From Mobula hypostoma (taxonomy: Eukaryota), in assembly GCF_963921235.1 (NCBI RefSeq), contig NC_086097.1, forward strand, positions 90,522,001 to 90,586,000: a DNA stretch of 64,000 nt, read 5' to 3'. A program made the translations under genes and the position numbers. This document shows positions 24,597 through 37,722 of this stretch, in pieces. Every line of letters starts with the position of its first letter. Position 1 is the first letter of the stretch. The notes below the pieces were generated by a model that saw nothing but the letters and a program-made list of their open reading frames with translations, made no database searches and had not been told where the DNA came from.

Positions 24597-26188
24597 TTGG
24601 ATCTTCTTAAAAACATCAAAATTGATAAGTCCCCAGGGCCGGATATGATATACCCCAGGTTGCTGTGGAAAGTGAGAGAAGAGATTGCTGGAGTAGTAGC
24701 TATGATCTTTGAATCCTCTTTGGCTGCAGGGGAGGTGTCAGAGGATTGGAGAATGACAAATATAGTTCCCTTGTTTAAAAACGGTAATAGGGAGAATCCT
24801 GGGAACTACTGGTGAGTCTTACGTCGGTGGTCTGCAAACTACTGGAAAGGATTCTTAAGAATAGGATCTATGAGCACTTGGGGAAGTACAGTCTACTCAA
24901 GAATAGTCAACATGGCTTTGTGAAGGGAAGGTTGTGCCTCATGAGCCGAATTGAGTTTTTTGAAGAGGTAACAAAAGAAATTGATGAGGGTAGGGTGGTA
25001 GATGTGGTCTACATGGATTTTAGCAAGGCATTTGACAAGGTTCCCCACAAGAGACTCATCCAGAAAGTCATGAGGCATGGGATCAGTGGAACCTTGGCTG
25101 TTTGGATAAAAAATTGGCTTAAAGGAAGAAAGCAGAAGGTCGCAGTGGAAGGAAAGTATTCCGCCTGGAGGTCAGTGACTAGTGGAGTACCACAAGGATC
25201 TGTCCTTGGACCCCTACTCTTTGTGATTTTTATAAATGACCTGGATGAAGAGGCGGAAGGATGGGTGAGTAAGTTTGTGGATGACACGAAGATTGGAGGA
25301 GCTGTGGATGCAGCTGTAGGTTGTCGAAGGTTACAAGAGGATATAGACAGGATGCAGAGTTGGGCAGAAAAGTGGCAGATGGAGTTCAGTCTGGAACTGT
25401 GAGGTGATGCATTTTGGAAGGACAAACCAGAAGGCTGAGTACAGGGTTAATGTTCGGTTACTTAAGAGTGTGGATGAACAGAAGGACCTTGAGGTTCAAA
25501 TTCATACATCCCTCAAGGTCACTGCACAGGTTGATAGGATAGTTAAGATGGCCTATGGGATGCTAGGCTTCATTAATAGGGGGTTTGAGTTCAAGAGTAG
25601 AGAGGTCATGTTGCAACTCTACAAATCTCTGGTGAGACCACACTTAAAGAGTATTGTGTTCAGGTCTGGTCACCTCATTACAGGAAGGGTGTGGAAGGTA
25701 TGGAGAGGGTGCAGAGGAGATTTACCAGGATGTTGCCTGGATTGGAAAACAAGTCTTATGAGGCAAGGTTAGCAGAGCTGGGACTTTTCTCTTTGGAGCA
25801 TAGAAGGATGAAAGGGGACTTGATAGAGGTCTACAAGATTATGAAAGGCATAGATAGGGTGGATAGCTAGTACCTGTTTCCCAGGGCACGAATAGCAAAT
25901 ACCAGAGGGCATATGTACAAAGTTAAGGGAGGGAAGTTTAGGGGAGACATCAGGGGTAAATTTTTTACACAGAGGGTTGTGGGTGCTTGGAATGACTTGC
26001 CAGGGATGGTGGTGGAGGCTAAAACATTAGGGGTATTTAAGAGCCTCTTGGACAGGCACATGGATGAAAGAAAAATAGAGGGTTACGGGGTAGTGTGGGT
26101 TTAATAAGTTTTTTTTAAGGAATATATGGGTTGGCACAACATCGAGGGCCGAAGGGCCTGTACTGTGCTGTAGTATTCTAGTGTCTAG
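24597..26188 (+). mobile_element. Younger 5'-truncated CR1 LINE (RT domain), nested antisense in the older CR1
   Basis: KSPGPD, SQHGFVKG, YMDFSKAFDKVPH, SGVPQGSVLGPLLF, FVDDTK; few frameshifts; tail tgtagtattctagtgtctag. Confidence 0.95.
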
Positions 26189-28950
26189 CCCTTCATTTTT
26201 CTTTCATCGATGTACCTATCTAAGAGTCTCTTAAATGTCCCTAATGTTACTGCCTCTACCACCACCTCTGGCACCATAGTCTATGCACCTATCATTCTCT
26301 GTGTACAAAAACCTGCCTTTGACATGCCCTTTATATTTTTCTCCTAACATCCTAAAGCTATGGCCACTTGTAATAACCACCTTCACCCTGGGAAAATGTC
26401 TCTGGCTGTCTACTCTATCTGTACCTCTTATCATCTTGTATAACTCTATTGAGTCACCTGCCATCATTTTTTGCTCCAAAGAGAAGAGCCCTAGCTCACT
26501 CCAACCTATGCTCATAAGACATGCTTTCTAACCAAGGCAGCAACTTGGAAAATTCCCTCTGCATCCTCTCTAAAGCTTCCACATCCTTCCTGTAACGAGG
26601 TGACCAGAAGTGAATAGAATACTTCAAGTGTCGTCTAACCAGAGTTTTACAGAGCTACAACATTACCTTATGGCTCTTGAACTCAATCCCCCAAGAAATA
26701 AAGCTCAAAACGTTATATGTCTTCCTACCCACCATATCAACTTGTATGGCAACTTTGAAGGATTGATGGACTTGAACCCCCAGTTCCCTCTATTCTTCTG
26801 CACTGCTAAGAATCCTGTCACTAACTCTATATTTTGCCTTCAAGTTTCAAAAGTGAATCACTTCACATTTTTCTGGACTGAATGCCATCCGTCATTTCTC
26901 AGTCAAGCTCTGCATCCTGTCAATGTCCCATTGTAACCTAGGACAACCTACTACACTATCCACAACACCACCAATCTTCGTATTATCTGTAAACTTACTA
27001 GCCCACCATTCCAGTTCTTCATCCAAGTCATTTATAAAAATCACAAAGAGCAGGGGCCCTAGAGCAGATCCCTGCGAATCACTACTGGTCACCAACCTCC
27101 AGGCAGAATATGCTCCATCCACTACCACCCTTTACCTTCTATAGGCAAGTCAATTCTAAATCCATACAGCCAAGTTTCCCTGAATCTATTCCAACTTTCT
27201 GAATAAGCCTACTGTGCTGATTACTGATTTAACTAAAATCTATATACATTTTTTTTCTTGAGACATTGTAAGTGTTCCTTACTTTGATGTACTCTTGTTA
27301 ATTTTGGATAATAGTAATAAAAAGATTTGAAAAGTAAATCTATATACATCGCATCCACTGCTCTAACTTCATCTATATGTTTGATCTCTTTCTCAAATAA
27401 TTCAATCAGAGTCATGAGGTGTGACCTGTCCCTCTTAGAGCCATGTCCCTAATCACATTATATTTCTCCAAATGATCGTAAATCCTCTCTCTAAGAATCC
27501 TTACCAATTGTTCACTAACCGCTGGACAATAATTCCCAGGGTTATCCCTATTACCTTTCTTAAACAAAGGAATAGCATTTGCCAACCTCCAGCCACCTGG
27601 CATTATTCCTGTGGCCAGTGAGGGTGCAAAGGTTATCACCGAAGGTGCAGCAATCTCTTCTCTCTCTTCCTGGAGAACCCTGGGGTATATCCAATTGGGC
27701 CTCAGGGACTTTTCTATCCTAAAGTTTTTCAAAAGTTCCAGCATATTCTTTTTCTTAATATTGACACGTACCATCATATCAGCCTGCTCTACGCTGACCT
27801 CACATTCGTCAAAGTCCCTCTTACTGGTGAATATTGAAGAAAAGTATTCATTAAGGACCTCCCCTAACTCTAGGCACATGTTTCCTCTTTTATCTCTAAT
27901 TGGTTCTACCCTCGCTCTAGTCATCCTCCTGTTCTTCACGACTGTCTTAGGGTTTCCTTAGTCCTACTTGTCAAGGCCTTCTCATGTCTCCAAGTCCATT
28001 CTTAAGCTTCTTCTGGCTACCTTCTATCTCTCAAGAGTCCTGTTTGATCTTTGCTTCCTAACCTTAAGAATGCTTCTTTCTTCCTTCTGACTGGATATTC
28101 CACATCTTTTGTCAACCATTGTCACCTTTAACCTGCCATTATTTTCTGCTCAATGGGACAAACCTATCCAGAACCTCATGCAAGTGCTCCCTAAACGGCC
28201 TTCACATTTTTCTTGTACATTTCTCTGAGCACATCTGCTTCCATGTTTCTGCCTAATAGCATCATAATCCCCCCCATCTCTAACTAAGTGCTTTCCCATA
28301 CTGCCTGCTGTGATCCCTGTCCAAGATTATGGTAAAGGTCATGCATTGTGGTCACTGTGTCTGGAATGTTCACCAAGCAAGAGGTCTGTCACCTGAACAG
28401 GTTCATTGCCTAGTTCCAGATTTAATATGGCCTCTTCTCTAGTCAGCCTGTTTACATATTGTATTAGGAATCCTTCCGGGCACAGCTAGCAAATTCTACC
28501 CCATGTAAACCTTTTGCACTGAGGAGGTCCCATTCAATATTAGGGAAGTTGGAATGACTTATGATAACAACCCTGTTGTTTTTGCATCTTTCCAAAATCT
28601 GGCTCCCGATCTGCACCTCAGTGTCTCTGTTACTAATGGGATGGGGTCTATAGAGTAATCCCAATAGAGTCATTGCTCCCTTCCGGTTTCTGACACTGGC
28701 TACTGTCAATCACTCCATGATGCCCTCCCTTTCTGCAGCCGTGATACTTTCCCTGTTTATCATGACACTTTCCCACCTATTGTTAGCTCCCTCCCTGTGC
28801 CTTTTGAAAAATCTAAATGCTGCAACAATTAGCAGCCATTCCTGCCTTTGTGACAGCCAAGTCTCTGTAATAGCCACAACGTTGTATTTCCAGGGACTGA
28901 CCCACATTGACCTTTGTTTGTTATTTGCCATGTTGTAAGATGTGGACCAT

Positions 28951-29181
28951 GCAATACACACAAAATGCTGGAGGAACACAATAGGCCATGCAGCATCTAT
29001 GGAAAAGAGTGAACAGTCGACGTTTCGGGCCGAGACCCTTTAGCAGGTGTCCTGATGAAGGGGTTTGACCCAAAATGTCAACTGTTCACTCTTTTCTGTA
29101 GATGCTGCCTGGCCCACTGAATTCCTCCAGCATTTTATATGCTTTGCTTTGATTTCCAGCATTTGCAAATTTCCTCTTGTT
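28951..29181. mobile_element. Palindromic pair of Penelope pseudo-LTR fragments
   Basis: Left arm 28951-29047 is an imperfect reverse complement of right arm 29051-29147; 3-nt spacer; each arm has a decayed hammerhead motif. Confidence 0.8.
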
Positions 29182-29211
29182 TGCTTTCTATGTTGTTGGC
29201 AAATTTTTCTA

Positions 29212-29516
29212 TAGGCATCCGTTAATCTCGTGGGACCATAGATTTGCGCCTTGCAAGGTTTCCAGGGTGCAGGCCTGGGCAAGGTTGTATGGAAGACCGG
29301 CAGTTGCCCATGCTGCAAGTCTCCCCTCTCCACACCACCGATATTGTCCAAGGGAAGGGCATTAGGACCCATACAGCTTGGCACCGGTGTCGTCGCAGAG
29401 CAGTGTGTGGTTAAGTGCCTTGCTCAAGGACACAACACACCGCCTCAGCCAAGGCTCGAACTAGCGACATTCAGATCACTAGATGAACGCTTTAACCACT
29501 TGGCCACGCGCCAAGA
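29212..29516 (-). mobile_element. tRNA-derived CORE-type SINE
   Basis: Minus strand: A box TGGCCAAGTGG, B box GTTCGAGCC, CORE-like gtgtccttgagcaaggcacttaacc; 12-bp TSD caaatttttcta (29200-29211) / caattttttcta (29517-29528). Confidence 0.85.
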
Positions 29517-30374
29517 CAATTTTTTCTACATAAGTGGGTTTGCCATTACCTTCTGGGCAGTGTCTTTATAAGCCAGGTGGCCCCAGCCATTATCAATACT
29601 CTTTAGAGATTGTCTGCCTGGTGTCAGTGGTCACATAACCAGGACATATGATATGCACCAGCTGCTCCTACAACCATCCATCACCTGCTCCCATGGTTTC
29701 ACATAATCCTGATCGGTGGGTGGGGGGGGGAGGCGGGGGGAGGCTAAGCAGGTACTACACCTTGCCCAAGGGTGACCTGCAGGCTAGTGGAGGGAAGGAG
29801 CGCCTTACACCTCCTGTGGTAGAGACGCATCTCCACCTACCACCTATTTCTTTTTCCTGATACTTCTCCCATTAAAATAGACACATTCAACCTATCCAAC
29901 TGACTGTGGTTATGCCTTTACATTGCCTATCCTTCCTCACAGTCTCTCTACACACTAAATCTAACTTTACACTAACTGCTCCGTCATTTAATCTGTCATT
30001 CTTGTTCCCATCCCCTAGTGAAACTAGTTTAAACCCTCCCAACAGATCTAGCCAACCTGCCTGCAAGGATATTGGTCCCCCTCAAATATATGCGTAACCT
30101 ATCCCTTTTGTATAGGTTTTTTCTTCCTTAGAAGAGATCCCAGTGTTTCACAAATCTACAACCCTGTCCCCTACACCAGCTCTTCAGCCACCTATTCATC
30201 TGATAAATCATCCTATTTTTACCCACACAGGCATCAGTGCAGAGGTTACCACTCTTGAGGTTCTGCTTTTCAGCTTCATACCTACTGTAACTCCCGATAT
30301 TCTTTCTTCAGGACCTTATCCTTAAAACCTCCACAAAATCTCTTAAGCATTCCCCTAACCATTGCCACCACTAT

Positions 30375-30921
30375 AGATGGAAACTGCACCATCTTGGATC
30401 GCAAGACCCTGCAGTGGATAGTGAGGTCAGCTGAGAAGATCATCAGGGTCTCTGTTCCCACTATTAGACATTTTCACCACACGCTGCATCCGTAAAGCAA
30501 ACAGCATTATGAAGGACCCCACGCACCCCTCATACAAACTCTTCTCCCTCCTGCCATCTGGCAAAATGCACTGAAACATTCCGGCTCTCACAACCAGACT
30601 ATGTAACAGTTTCTTCCCCCAAGCCATCAGACTCCTCACTACCCAGAGCCTGGACTGACACCAACCTACTGCCCTCTACTGTGCCTATTGTCTTGTTTAT
30701 TATTTATTGTAATGCCTGCACTGTTTTGTGCACTTTATGCAGTCTTGGGTAGGGCTGTAGTCTAGTGTAGTTTTGTGTTGTTTTTTACGTAGTTCAGTGT
30801 AGTTTTTGTATTGTTCATGTAGCACCATGGTCCTGAAAAACATTGTCTCATTTTTACTGTGTACTGTACCAGCAGTTAAGGTTGAAATGACAGTAAAAAG
30901 TGACTTGACTTGACGACTTGA
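30375..30921 (+). mobile_element. Rex1/Babar LINE 3' fragment inserted in the CR1 ORF1 region
   Basis: RKTLQWIVRSAEKII...KDPTHPSYKLFSLLPSG...TTRLCNSFFPQAIRLL; (gactt)n tail. Confidence 0.88.
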
Positions 30922-31921
30922 CACTCTTCTCTTCTCCTTCCCTTTTGAGCCACAAAGCCAGACTCAATGCCAGAGATCTGCAGCTTGCTGCAGCCTTGCC
31001 CTAGTAGATTGCCCCCTCCCCATAAAAATATACATTAAAATATACTTGTTATTGTGTAGAATAGCCACAGGAGTATTCTGCACGTTCCCTGTCCTGACAG
31101 TCACCCAGCTACTTGCTTACTGCAATTCTGGGGTTACTATTTCCCTGTAGTTCTTATCTCTCACCTCCTCATTGTCCTGAATGAGACTAAGGTCATCCAG
31201 CTGCAGCTCCAGTTCCCTAACATGGTCTGTAAGGATCTCCCCCGCAGAAGAACCTCTCGCGGATATAGCAGTGAGGGAGAGTGGATGGGACCCATATCTT
31301 TCACATCTTGCATGAGAAGCACACCGCTGAGTTGGGCTTAATTCTCCCAACTCTAGCTCGGCATGAATAGGCAAAGCAAGAGTAACCTTAGAGAAACCAC
31401 AACCTAGAGGGAAATGAGCTGTCAACATTTTGGGTCGAGAACCAGTCTAGATGAAGGGTCTTGGATCAAAATGCCAACTGTCTCTTGGCTTTCTTCTTTG
31501 ATGTTGCTACATGCAGCTGTTTTAAACGTGGGAATCAGGAGCTTCAGATTCCAAGTTCAGAAACCATAAAAAACTAGTGGATAGGAAAAAACACATAATG
31601 AGAAAGATTAATAAAATCTTGACTTTTATCTCAAGAAGCAGCGAATACCAGGCAACAAAAGTTATTTTACAGTTATACGAAGCATTGATCAAGCCTTAAT
31701 TAGCCTATGCCATTTCAGGAAGATTGTATAGGGTAATGCAGGGCTGATTAATCTGAATGTCAAGAATCTCTCCTGAGAGCAGTTTGTGTGGAGTAGATTT
31801 ACAGGGCTTTTTCCATCAATTAAGGGATGATCTAAATGAGGTATTTATGATCATCAAAGGTTATGAAAGGGTAGATAGAACCAGTTCCTGGAATCCCAAG
31901 CAACACTGCTATAGTGTCTTT

Positions 31922-32225
31922 AGATGGCACAGTGGTACAGCTGGTAGAGCTGCTGGCTCACATCGCTGGTGTCTTGTGTTTAATCCTGTCCTCTGCTCCT
32001 GTCTGTGCCAAGTTTGCATGATTTCCCACACAGACTTCCTCCCAGTGCTCTGCTATCCCCTAACATCCCAAAAGCATGTACTATAGGTTGGTAGGTTAAA
32101 TAGAATCGGGGGTTGGGAATCAATGGGGTATGAGGAGAATGAAGTTAATATAGGCTTAGTCTAAATGGGTAGTTGATAGTTGGCACAGACTCAGTGAGGT
32201 TGTTTCCTTCTTGTACGACACCATG
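31922..32225 (+). mobile_element. tRNA-derived SINE, degenerate
   Basis: gatggcacagtggtacagctggtagagctgctggctcaca head; body similar to 21135-21485. Confidence 0.7.
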
Positions 32226-32344
32226 AAAACAGCCCTCAGCATTTATAGAACAAGGTGGAACAGGTTTGGATTTGGAGTTGGATTTCAGAGGCATTATCAG
32301 GAAGCTCTTCATCATTCATAGAGTTTCCTGGCAAAATAAGACAG

Positions 32345-32940
32345 AAACAAGAGATACTACAGATACTGGTAATCAAGAGCAACTCACAAAGTGTTGGAGA
32401 AACACAGCTGATCAGGTAGCATCTATGGAGGGAGATGTTTTAGGTTGAGATCTTTCACCAGGAATGTCAATGCTGCCCTGGTGTTTTCCAACTGACTGCA
32501 TAACCCCTCTGTTCCTTTCCTTTCCCCATATCTCATTGGCACTATCACCTCTTCTCTTTCCCCTCCCTGCTCTTGTTCTGCCCATCACACCCATATTCCT
32601 TGCACCAGTTTCCCTCCTCACCTCCTTCCATTTATTCCATGGCCCACTGGCCCTCCTGTCAGATTCCATTTTCTTCAGCCCTGTATTATTTCCACCTATC
32701 ACCCACAAGCTTTTTACATCATTCCCACTCTCTAACACCATCACCTGTCTATCACCCATTTATCTGGATCAATCTATCACCTTTAAGCTCCTGCTCCACA
32801 ACTTACACTACCTTTTTATACTGACTATCTCCCCTTGTTCTTTCCATTCCTGATGAAGGGGCTCAACCCAAAATTGACTTAAATTCCCTTCAATGATTCT
32901 GCCTAATCTGATGAGCTTCTCCACCATTTGTGTGTTTTAC
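32345..32940. mobile_element. Old Penelope remnant with inverted pseudo-LTR ends
   Basis: Left end cagatactggtaatc...gcatctatggaggg (minus pLTR), pyrimidine-rich centre, right end cctgatgaaggggctcaacccaaaa...tgtgtgtt. Confidence 0.7.
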
Positions 32941-33207
32941 CTTTGCAATAATTAGGCTTTCTAAGTAGAGGTTGATGGATTTTTCTGAAGTGATGGATTT
33001 GGAAGAAAGTGGAATGTTTGCAATTGGGAGGCAGTTTAGTTTTGAGGCAACTACAATGCAGAACAGGATTGTGAAGTTGAATGACATATTCCCCCTTAGA
33101 TGGGAGATGAGCATTGCTGGTCAGGTAGTCTACCCAACTTTCAGCTAGAGGTAGCTTCTTCACTGTCAGTCTACTGTAGCATACGTCTGACCTCCAGAAT
33201 AAATAAT

Positions 33208-36200
33208 TAGACCATAAGATATAGGAGCACAATTAGGCCATTTTCCCATCGAGCATGCTCTGCCATTTCATTATGGATGATCCATTTTTCCTCTCAGCCC
33301 CAATCACCTGCCTGCCCCCCACCTCCCACCACTGTATCCCTTTTTGTCCTGACCAGAAAAGAACCTATCAACCTCTGCCTTAAATATATATATAGACTCT
33401 CCACATCCACTCTATCAAGGCCTATAAGTTTCAATTAAGTCACCCTTCATTCTTCTGAATTCCAGTCAATACAAGCACAGTGCCACCAAACACTCTTCAT
33501 ATGACAAGCCATTCAATCCTGGAATCATTTTCATGAACCTCCTTTGAACCCTCTCCAGTTTTAGCTCATCCTTTCCAAGATAACGATAGTCCAAATGAGG
33601 CCTTATTAGTGCTTTATAAAGTGTCAACATTACCACCTTGCTTTTATATTCTAGTCCTCATGAAATGAATGCTAACTTCACATTTGCCTTCCTCACCACA
33701 GACTCAACCTGCAAATTAACCTTTAGGGAATCCTGCACAAGGACTCCCAACTCCATTTACGCCTCAGATTTTTGTATTTTCTCTCCATTTAGAAAATAGT
33801 CAACCCTTTCAGTTTTTCTACCAAAGTGCATGACCATACACTTTCTGACACTTTATTCCATCTGCCACTTCTTTGCCCAATTCTCCTAATCTATCTAAAT
33901 CCTTCCACCTATTTTTGTATCATATGCAAACTTTGCAACAAAGCCATCAATTTCATAATCTAAATCATTGATATATAATGTAAAAAGAACTGGTCCTAAC
34001 ACAGACTCCTGTGGAATGCCACAAGTCACTGGCAGCCTACGAAAAAAGTTTCCCTTTATTTCCACTCTTTGCCTCCTGTCGATCAGCCACTGCTTTTTCC
34101 ATGCTAAAATCTTCCCTGTGTTACCATGGGCTCATAGCTTGTTAAGCAGTCTCATGTGTGACACCTTGTCAAGGGTCTTCTGAAAATCCAAGTACAGAAC
34201 ATCAACCAATTCTCCTTTGTCTATCCTGTTTGTTATTTCTTCAAAGAATTCTAACAGATTTGTCAGGCAAGATTTTCCCTTGAGGAAACCATGCTGACTA
34301 CGGCCTATTTAATCATGTGCCTCCAAGTACCACAAAACCACATCCTTAACAATCAACTCCAACATCTTCCCAATCACTGAGGTCAGACCAACTGGTCTAT
34401 AATTTCCTTTCTTCTACTTCTTTCCCAGCTTGCAAAGTGGAGTGACATTTGCAATTTTCCAGTCTTCCAGAACCATTCCAGAATCTAGTAATTCTTGAAA
34501 GATTATTACTAATGCCTCCAAGATATCACAAGCCACTTCTCTCAAAACACTGGGGTGGGCTCCATCTGGTCCAGTAACTTATCTACTTTCAGATCTTTCA
34601 ATTTTCCAAGAATCTTCTCCCTAGTAATTGTAACTTCACACATTTCATGACCCCTGACACCTGGAACTTTCACCATACTGCTAGTGTCTTCCACAGTGAA
34701 GACTGGTGTAAAATACTTATTCAGTTCATCCGCCATTTCCTACCTCTCCAACATTGTTTTCCAGCAGTCCGATATCCATTCTCACCTCTCTTTTACACTT
34801 TATGTATTTGAAGAAACTTCTGGTATCCTTTTTAATATTTTTGGCTAGCTTACTTTTGTATTCCATCTTTACCTTCTTAATAACTTTTTAGTTGCCTTCT
34901 GATGATTTTGAAAAGCTTCCCAACCCCCTAACATCCAACTAATTTTCCTCTATTCTATGACCTCTCTTTGGCTTTTATGTTGGCTTTGAAGCCCATTGTT
35001 AGCCATTGTTGTGTTATCTTGCCTTTAGAATACTTCTTCCTCTTTGGGATGTATACATCCTCCGCCTTCCAAATTGCTTCCAGAAATCTCAGCCATTACT
35101 GCTCTGCCATCATCGCTGCTAGTGTTCTTTTCCAATCAATTCTGGCCAACTCCCCTGTAATTCCCTTTACTCCACTGTAATACTGATACATCTGACTTTA
35201 GCTTCTCCTTCTCAAATTTCAGGGTGAATTTGATCATATTATGATCACTGGCCACTAAGGGTTCCTTTACCTTAAGCTCTCTGATCAATTTCAGTTCATT
35301 ACACAATGCCCAATTCAGAATAGCTGATCTCCTGGCGGGCTCACCACAAGCTGCTCTAAAAAGCCATCTCATAGGCATTCTAGAAATTCCTCCTCTTGGG
35401 ATCCGGCACCTAATTAATTTTCTCGATCTGCCTGCATATTTAAATCCCCCATGACTATAGTAGCATTGCCCTTTTGGCGTGCATTTTCTACCTCCCATTG
35501 TAATTTGTAGACCATATCCTTAGTACTGTTTGGGGGTCTGTATATAGCTCCTATCAAGGTCTTTTTACCCTTGCAGTTCGTTAACAATATCCACAATGAC
35601 TCAACACCCTCTGACCCTATGTCACCTCTTTCTAATGATTTAATTTCAATTTTTACCACACCCTCTGCCTTCCTGCCTGTCTTTTCAATATTGTGTATAT
35701 CCTTGGGCATTAAGTTCCCAGCTATAATCTTCTTTCAGTTATGATTCAGTGATGCCTACAACATCATACATGCTAATCTGTGACTGTGCTACAAGTTCAT
35801 CAACCTTATTCCGTATACTGTGTGCATTCAAATATAACACCTTTGGTCCTGTATTCACCCTTTTCGATTTTGTCTGCCTTTTACATTGCAACTCATCCTA
35901 CTGACTGCAATTCTACTTATCCTCAGCCTCTCCTCGCTAAGAATCTCACTACACTTTGCCTTTTTGTAAACCAGCTATCTTATCTTCAGCACTATCACTC
36001 CAGTTCCCATCACCCTGCCAATTTAGTTTAAACCTACCCAAACAATGCTAGCTAACTTGCCTGCAAGGATGTTGCTCTCCATCGGGTCCAGGTGCAAACA
36101 TCCCTTTTTGTACAGGTTGTACCTTCCCCAGAAAAGATTCCAATGATCCCTAAATCTGAACCCCTGACCCCTGACCCCCGCACCAGTTCCTCCACAATGC

Positions 36201-36250
36201 ATCCACCTGCCAAATCATCCTATTTTTACCCTCACCGGCACATGGCACAA
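33208..36250 (-). mobile_element. Long degenerate CR1 LINE (ORF1 end, APE, RT, 3' UTR)
   Basis: Minus ORFs LIGAIYRPPN...IVMGDLN, PLVASDHNMIKF, MADELNKYF; tail accataagatataggagc at 33211. Confidence 0.92.
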
Positions 36251-36779
36251 TCATTCATTGACATATACGGGTTTACTTGCACACAAGTAGTACTGTAGTG
36301 AAGAAGCATTTGGTCTCAATTTCGTTATTGCAGATATGATTTTTGTATCTTGCATGGGAATTACTGGCAGGGTTGATCACTGCAGTTAGTTGTCTGAGTT
36401 CTTCTAAAGCATCTCCCCAATCTATATCCTCTGACATCAAGAAGAGTAAGAGTTCGGCACGGACTAGAAGGGCCGAGATGGCCTGTTTCTGTGCTGTAAT
36501 TGCTATATGGTTATATGGTTATAAGAACAAGTTCCACAGGTATGTGACTGCCTGCAGATTCCCCTCCAAGTCACACACCATCCTGACTTGGAACTGCATT
36601 GCCAGCTTGTCACTGGGTCATCCTACCCAGCAGCGTTACTCAAGTACCTTCACCTGAAGGACTGCAGCATTTCTAGGCCGCAGCAGCTCACCCTTCCTTT
36701 CTTAAAGATGATCAATTAATACTGGCTTGCCAGTGATTCCCAGATACTGATAAAATTAATAAAAAAGATACACACACAT

Positions 36780-36915
36780 ATTGGCATATGTTCCTCACAA
36801 AGACATGGTATACAAATAAATGCACATACACTGTCATATATTAGAAGTATATGTATATGTGGATGTGCAGACATGCGTGCACACGCACGCACACACACAT
36901 GCAAACACGTGAGAG
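36780..36915. repeat. Degenerate (CA/TA/CG)n alternating purine-pyrimidine tract
   Basis: acatgcgtgcacacgcacgcacacacacatgc and flanks. Confidence 0.6.
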
Positions 36916-37584
36916 CATTTACTGGATTTGTAGAGTAAATAGCTAATAGTGATTTAATGAACACAAGATTCACCTGAAGCTGGAAATCTTGAGCAACACA
37001 CACAGAAAGCTGAAGGATCCCAACAAGTTAGGCAGTATCTGGAGGGGAGTAAGCAGTCAATATTTTGGACCTAGACTCTTCAGAGTCCTGATGTTTTTGT
37101 GAATGATCAAGTCGAACTGTTGAAAGGCTTGGCTACTGTGAGCATAATTCAAGCATTGGTAGTATCCATTAGTGATGGCAGCAAGTTGCCTGTGAGCCAG
37201 AAATATGAGTTCTCTTCTGCTTCATTATCATCTGCAGTGAATGCAAAGCAATATATGATAGGTATATTGACCAGGAGTAATCAATATATTGAAATATGCA
37301 TGACACTACCAAATAAGAACAGAGTGATCTATTGAACATAATACACATCGGATCTCTGCTAGAAATTGGGTAAACAAACTACTCTTGGGAAGACACTAAA
37401 CCATGAAATTTCAAGGTTGTTAGTGATGAAGCACTTAGACTTGGCTAAAACGCAGATGTCAGCTGACCTGTGAATGAAACAACAGTACAGAGAAATTTAG
37501 TAGGAATTGGGTTTCATCTGAATACTTATCTGTCTGTTGAAGCTTATTGAAAAGACAATAAACTGAACAATATATAGTCGTAGG

Positions 37585-37722
37585 CACCCATACACACACC
37601 AACACAAATACACACACACACAAACACCCACGTGCATGCATGCATACACGCGCACACGTACACACTCCTATGCATATGTATGTATATCCATACAGATATG
37701 TACGCCAACACACACGCATGCG
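37585..37722. repeat. Degenerate (CA)n microsatellite region
   Basis: cacacacaca...cgtgcatgcatgcatacacgcgcacacg. Confidence 0.7.

Larger units (their letters stand above)
24490..31330 (-). mobile_element. Near full-length old CR1 LINE (3' end at ~24490, ORF2 26190-28900, ORF1 29850-31330) carrying multiple nested insertions
   Basis: Minus ORFs: QGSALGPLLFVIFINDLD, PLFKKGNRDNPGNY, YNVVAITETWL (APE), LTDHVRELELQLDDL (ORF1 coiled coil). The 3' UTR at 24490-24596 resumes at ~26189. Confidence 0.85.

Noticed and set aside
29440..29516. tRNA gene (also the head at 21135-21210)
   Set aside because: A/B boxes continue into SINE bodies with tails or TSDs; no complete cloverleaf seen.
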